Below are positions 59,128 to 64,000 of a DNA stretch of 64,000 nucleotides, in pieces. The position numbers and the translations under genes are program-made. Numbering within the stretch: the first letter of the stretch is position 1; each line of letters starts with the position of its first letter. Where the stretch lies: contig NW_003314269.1 in NCBI RefSeq assembly GCF_000143415.4, positions 3,392,211 through 3,456,210 on the forward strand, in the 5' to 3' direction. Below the pieces are notes generated by a model. That model worked only from the letters and a program-made list of their open reading frames with translations. It searched no databases and was not told where the DNA came from. This stretch comes from Selaginella moellendorffii (lineage: Eukaryota; Plantae; Lycopodiophyta).

Positions 59128-60980
59128 ATGCAGGTAAGAGCGCGCTTCTTCTCCTTGAATCGATCATCTTCTCCATGAATCGATCATCTTCTCCTTGAAT
59201 CGATCATCTTCTCCTTGAAATCGATCATCGTCTTCTTGAATCGATCATCGCATATCGGCGATCGATTCTACCAGCTCCGGCCATTCCCTGCATGTTTTCT
59301 TTGTGCCGATGTCCATGCGTTCTTTCTTTCTCTCGAAATATTTCTCAATCGGGGGTTTGTCCGTCCGTGTGTTCTTTCGGCCAATGCTTCTATTTCTCAA
59401 TCGGCCGATCCGGCTTTGTTCGTCCGTGCGTTCTTTCGGTCGATCCTTCTTTCTCTCGATTCGGCTTTGTTCTTCCGTGCGTTCTTTCGGTCGATCCTTC
59501 TTTCTCTCGATTCGGCTTTGTTCTTCCGTGCGTTCTTTCGGTCGATCCTTCTTTCTCTCGATCCGGCTTTGTTCTTCCGTGCGTTCTTTCGGTCGATCCT
59601 GCTTTCTCTCGACATATTTCTCAATCGGCCGATCCGGGTTTGTCGATCGAACATTTATTCGCGTGTGCGTGTGGTCGTATTTCCAGTCGTTGGATCGATC
59701 ATTCTTCATAGGTTATCAACTCTCTTCCGTCGTTCTTATTTTCTCACAGGGCTTATATCTCGATCACTGATGTATGGTCTCTTCTTTTCTTGTTTGACAT
59801 TTGCGCTGCGTTGACATGGCCTCACAGCATCTACAGGAGGGAATACGCGAGCCCAGTGATGGTAAAAAGTTTCGAGAGAGACTGAATGGAGCTGGACGAC
59901 TTGTGCCAGGTGTGTTTTGGCTTTTCCACTTTGACATCCTTTTGGCTGCGTTTTATGCATGCAGAACTATGCTCGTCAGCTCGGAAAAATATAAAGAACT
60001 TCGGCAAAATGATCAAGGCTTGGTTGAAAAGAAAGCCAAAGGTATGTTACATTGTAGCATATGTTGATAATCGTGATGTAGTGCTTACAGGCCGCCTCTA
60101 GGCCCGGGGAAGAAAATTCGACTGGACAAGGGCCTGTGACCAATTTGCAGGTAAGTCGTGACTTGTAAATACGTTGGAATCACTTTCTTTTCTAATCGAG
60201 ACCACAGGATCAAGATGGGATAAAGTTTACCACGCTCCAGCGAAATGACATCCAGGAGGAGACGCTGCAAGAGTGCGTCAACATGTTCTGTGCGTGCTAT
60301 GCCACTTGGGGACCCGGAGCTCCGGCTGCTAGGGTGGGGCATCAGGTGAAGACTACCGTGCAAAGGCTCCGAAAGGAGCATCTATTCAGCGACGACTGTT
60401 GCCTCACCTTTGCAACTGTGAACGGGAGTCTCGCGGGCTACGTGTTCCACAGAAGCTTTCGCTTCGCAGGTATTTGCCTCGCTTCTCCTTTCGATTCAAA
60501 TCTATAATGTGGTTTTCACCAGGCGGCCCAGCCATCTGGATAACGCAACTGGTGGTGTCTTCCAATCACCGTAACAAGAAGATTGCGATAAGACTCATGA
60601 AGGTGAGTTCTTAACTTCTTATGATTGGAGAGTGGATTTACGGTTGTCCTTGTTTTCTTGTCTTGCAGAATGCAATGGGTGCTATCCCTGCGGCTGTGGG
60701 GCTTATCACAAGCCATCCATTTGCGGTTCGCTCGCTGGAAAGGGCGACAGGGAAGCGTGTTTCTCCAGAGATGGTCGTCGTGTATGGCCCAGCGATGATG
60801 AAGGCTTCTGGAGTGCCTTACCTGCAAGGCCTGCCGATGGCTGGATGCCTCGTGGACACCCAATTCTTTGCGGATCACAGCGAGGTGCTCGACTTGCTAG
60901 CCAAGATGCCGGACTGGAGTTTAGGAGCACTGGAAGAGGGAAAGGAGTTCGTGGCGGTCGTCTTACCGTTTGAAAAGTAA
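59128..60980 (+). CDS. GNAT-family acetyltransferase-like protein, copy 1 (multi-exon, N-terminal extension)
   Basis: In-frame exons 59128-59133, 59837-59909, 59964-60041, 60091-60150, then 60208 onward; WITQLVVSSNHRNKKIA, GLITSHP, FFADH, WSLGALEEG. Confidence 0.7.
59146..59248. repeat. 20-bp tandem repeat (~5 units) in the first intron
   Basis: CTTCTCCTTGAATCGATCAT units. Confidence 0.9.
59411..59612. repeat. 51-bp minisatellite (~4 units) in the first intron
   Basis: Units start at 59411, 59462, 59513 and 59564. Confidence 0.92.
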
Positions 60981-61024
60981 AGGGAATTTCGATCTTTGTG
61001 TAAAACTTTAGCTTTAGGGCTTTC

Positions 61025-61853
61025 ATGTCCATGGAGTTTCGTCTTGCGTCGACTCTCTCTGACGAGCTCGCGGCGCAGTGCGCGAAGCTCTTCTCCACGT
61101 CGTATGGAGTTTGGGGAAGAGGAGCGCCGCCGGATCGTGTTGGTAAGCGAGCCAAGATGAGCGTCACATGGATGCGCAGGGAGATCTTCTTCGACGACCG
61201 CTGCTTTGTTTCTCTGGCGCTCCTGGAGAACAAGGTGATTGGGCAAGCGTTTTGCCGGCGTTTTTGGTATGAGCCTCTTCAAGGTGTGTCATCCTCTTCT
61301 TCTCCATTGTTTCTTTCATTTAGTTTGTTTCTTTTTGCTTAATTGAAACAGGGGACGTGGTGTGGATTATACAACTTGTCGTAAATCCTTTTTTTCGACA
61401 CCAAGGAGTGGCAACCAAGCTGATCAAGGCGAGTTTTCGTTTTTCTATTCTCCTTTATCTAAGCTTTTTTTCTGTAGCGTGCGCTGGATGGGCCCTCGGA
61501 TGTCGCTGCCGGGCTTGTGTCCAGTCATCCGTACGCGATTCGTGCACTGGAATCGGCCACGAACACACGAGTTGATCCAAGCTTTCTCACACAACATGCT
61601 GTGGGCATCATCCGTTCATCGCAAGTAAAAACACCCTTTGAAATGTTACTCTCTTTTATTTCTCACGCATCTCCTTGTACAGGTACCTTACATCCACAAG
61701 CGAGAAATTACCGGCTTCAGGATAAACACGGAATTCTTCGTAGATCACACTGAAGTGAATGCCATACGCGACGGCGACCCGGATTGGATGCTCGGCTCCC
61801 TTGAAGACGGGGAGGAAATCGTTGGTATTTGTGCGCCATTGAATCTCAAGTAG
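61025..61853 (+). CDS. GNAT-family acetyltransferase-like protein, copy 2
   Basis: LFSTSYGVWG, WIIQLVVNPFFRHQGVA (acetyl-CoA motif A), GLVSSHP, FFVDH, WMLGSLEDG; paralogous to copy 1. Confidence 0.8.
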
Positions 61854-61925
61854 AGTGGAATGAATCGCCTCTTATTGATCAAGACAAGGAATAGTAGACA
61901 GAGTAGTTACTAGGAATTTCGAGTT

Positions 61926-62126
61926 TCAGCAGTGGACACGGAAGGCGAGCTGAAACAAGTAGAGCAGAATGACGAACACGATGGTGTGCGTGATAACGGA
62001 AGCGACGCTCGTACGACCATTGGTGAATTCCACCGCCCTCTCCGTGCCGGGGATTTGCAGCAGCAGCCCTGGTGACAAGATCAAAAACAGAATTGCTCCA
62101 ATTATCAGCGACACAACATCCGCCAT
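61926..62126 (-). CDS. Small DUF3339-family membrane protein
   Basis: MAD...LFLILSPGLLLQIPG...VEF.N..TS.ASV..H. Confidence 0.88.
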   Translation of the reverse strand: MADVVSLIIGAILFLILSPGLLLQIPGTERAVEFTNGRTSVASVITHTIVFVILLYLFQLAFRVHC

Positions 62127-62713
62127 TGCCAAAGATTTGTGAATAGCTCTCAAAAGGCTACAGGCTTATAGTCTGGTGCTGCTTCATGGCATCGACAAGT
62201 GTCCATCATGCTGGCAAGTTACGAGCAAATTGATCACAAGCTTGAACTTATTATCCAAGAATATTCTTAACGTTTTTATTACTTATTTTTCTATTCTTCT
62301 TAAGGGTGGAAATTCTATATTTTTGTTCATAAATGATAAAATTTTGAGCAACACATGTAAATTTATTCATCATAAAAGATAGTGGAATTATCGACTTTAC
62401 CTCTAATGGAAGAAATATCTCAGTATTATATAAATACAAATAAAGATAAAGAATTTACTGAACTAAAATTTAAAATATAAGGTAGCAACAGTTTTACCTA
62501 TAATTAAAACAAAAATAAGTATACAATTATATATAATAAATTAATATTTTGCACTCTATTATTTAATACTTTGATTAATTATCAATCACTATAATTACAT
62601 TCAGTGGTTAATTAAAGTGACAATTTGATTGATAATAATTGATATCATGTGTAAAGTTATGTAAATATTTTTATTTTAACTTTGAAAAATCATCTTTAAC
62701 CTTATATATAAGA

Positions 62714-62714
<1 letters not shown>

Positions 62715-62747
<33 letters not shown>

Positions 62748-62972
62748 ATATATGTATATATGTATATATATGTATATATGTATATATATGTATATATGTA
62801 TATATATGTATATATGTATATATATGTATATATGTATATATATGTATATATGTATATATATGTATATATGTATATATATGTATATATGTATATATATGTA
62901 TATATGTATATATATGTATATGTATATGTATATATGTATGTATATATGTATGTATATGTATATGTATATATG

Positions 62973-63053
<81 letters not shown>

Positions 63054-63068
63054 ATATATATGTATGTC

Positions 63069-63106
<38 letters not shown>
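62715..63106. repeat. (TA)n/(TATATG)n compound microsatellite
   Basis: ~390 bp of TA, TATATG and 18-bp higher-order units. Confidence 0.97.
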
Positions 63107-63607
63107 TCCTCCTTTCAGAAGATGAAAAGATGATGATAATAAGTCAGATGAAATATTTAGAGCCTTATTGAGTGATTATAGATTGTTATAAAAACTTGAA
63201 GTTCCCACAAAACCACTAACATCATAACTGAAATAAAATGCAAAGTTGTAGCATAAATATCAATAAATTATGACATTGATGAATTATAACTTTGTGTGCA
63301 ATTATAAAATGCTCAAACCAACCTTAAAAGTATAATTTTGAACTGAAGCAAAAGGCTTTTAGAGCCATTGCAATCCACAAAGCACCATTATAACAAACAA
63401 TATAACTTGTTAACCATCTTTTGAAATCACCATTAACTCAAACTCAACCATCTGTAGAATGTGTTATTGCGACCTCTTTTTGGTCAACTTTCAAGATCTA
63501 TATTAACTTAAATTCACTCCATTCTTCTTTTATATCCTCTTTATCCCCTTATCTAAAGAAAAAAAATTAAAACATTATCTCCATTCAAATTTGTATTGTT
63601 TATTCTT

Positions 63608-63693
63608 GTAAAGTTATGTAAATATATTTATTTTAACTTTGAAAAATCATCTTTAACCTTATATATAAATATATACATACATACATATATTAC

Positions 63694-63755
<62 letters not shown>
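63608..63755. repeat. Second copy of the ~60-bp motif at 62650-62711, again followed by (TA)n
   Basis: TGTAAAGTTATGTAAATAT.TTTATTTTAACTTTGAAAAATCATCTTTAACCTTATATATAA in both. Confidence 0.88.
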
Positions 63756-63756
<1 letters not shown>

Positions 63757-64000
63757 TAGATTGTATATATTTATGTGTATGTATATAGATGTTTTTTTAG
63801 AGTTAAAAATAATATATATATATATATTTATATGTATATAAAAATTAAATTTGGATGGAGAAAGGGTTTTAATTTTTTTTTTTAGTATATGGGATATAGA
63901 GGGATAGAAAGAGAGAAGGAGGGAAATAAAGTTAATATAGATTTTTAATATTTAAAAAAAGGGTGGGTATAAAAATTCAGAAGAAGGATAATTTTAGGTA

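Noticed and set aside
59215-59814. ORFs with 17-aa repeats
   Set aside because: Translations of the 51-bp intronic minisatellite.
62639-63171. YI/CI/MY-repeat ORFs
   Set aside because: Microsatellite artefacts.

Overview
Gene-dense plant nuclear DNA with very short introns (mostly 41-70 nt). This most resembles a lycophyte such as Selaginella, which is an inference and was not checked. (1) 1-~9.2 kb is a putative large DNA mobile element with a divergent gene pair. One gene is a Tnp1/En-Spm-like gene running off the left edge. The other is one 11-exon gene (3234-8866) that I reconstruct as ParB/Srx-like domain + degenerate beta-class N6A/N4C DNA-methyltransferase-like domain + acidic linker + FCP1/SCP-type HAD phosphatase, with two in-frame stops. 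About 20 copies of a 22-bp palindrome (ATGGCRTGWGGCCWCAYGCCAT) lie in its promoter, introns, CDS and 3' end, and I did not see it elsewhere in the window. This protein-plus-palindrome pairing is the best candidate for an undescribed system. (2) ~9.3-17.7 kb holds decayed Ty3/Gypsy sequence and a 5S-rRNA-derived (Cassandra-like) repeat. (3) 18-31.4 kb holds host genes: COI1-like, DHX37-like helicase, 5'-nucleotidase, atypical Dof-like finger, PAS2/HACD-like, acid phosphatase and aspartic protease. (4) 31.8-42 kb is an AT-rich repeat zone with two more 5S-derived segments and a full-length Gypsy element (174-bp LTRs, 4-bp TSD, -1 frameshift signal with pseudoknot). (5) 42-64 kb holds PPR, an aldose-epimerase fragment, C2 protein, YchF/OLA1, a trihelix TF, a multi-RRM orphan, a tandem GNAT pair, DUF3339 and TA microsatellites. 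All domain calls come from motif recognition by eye; no searches were run.
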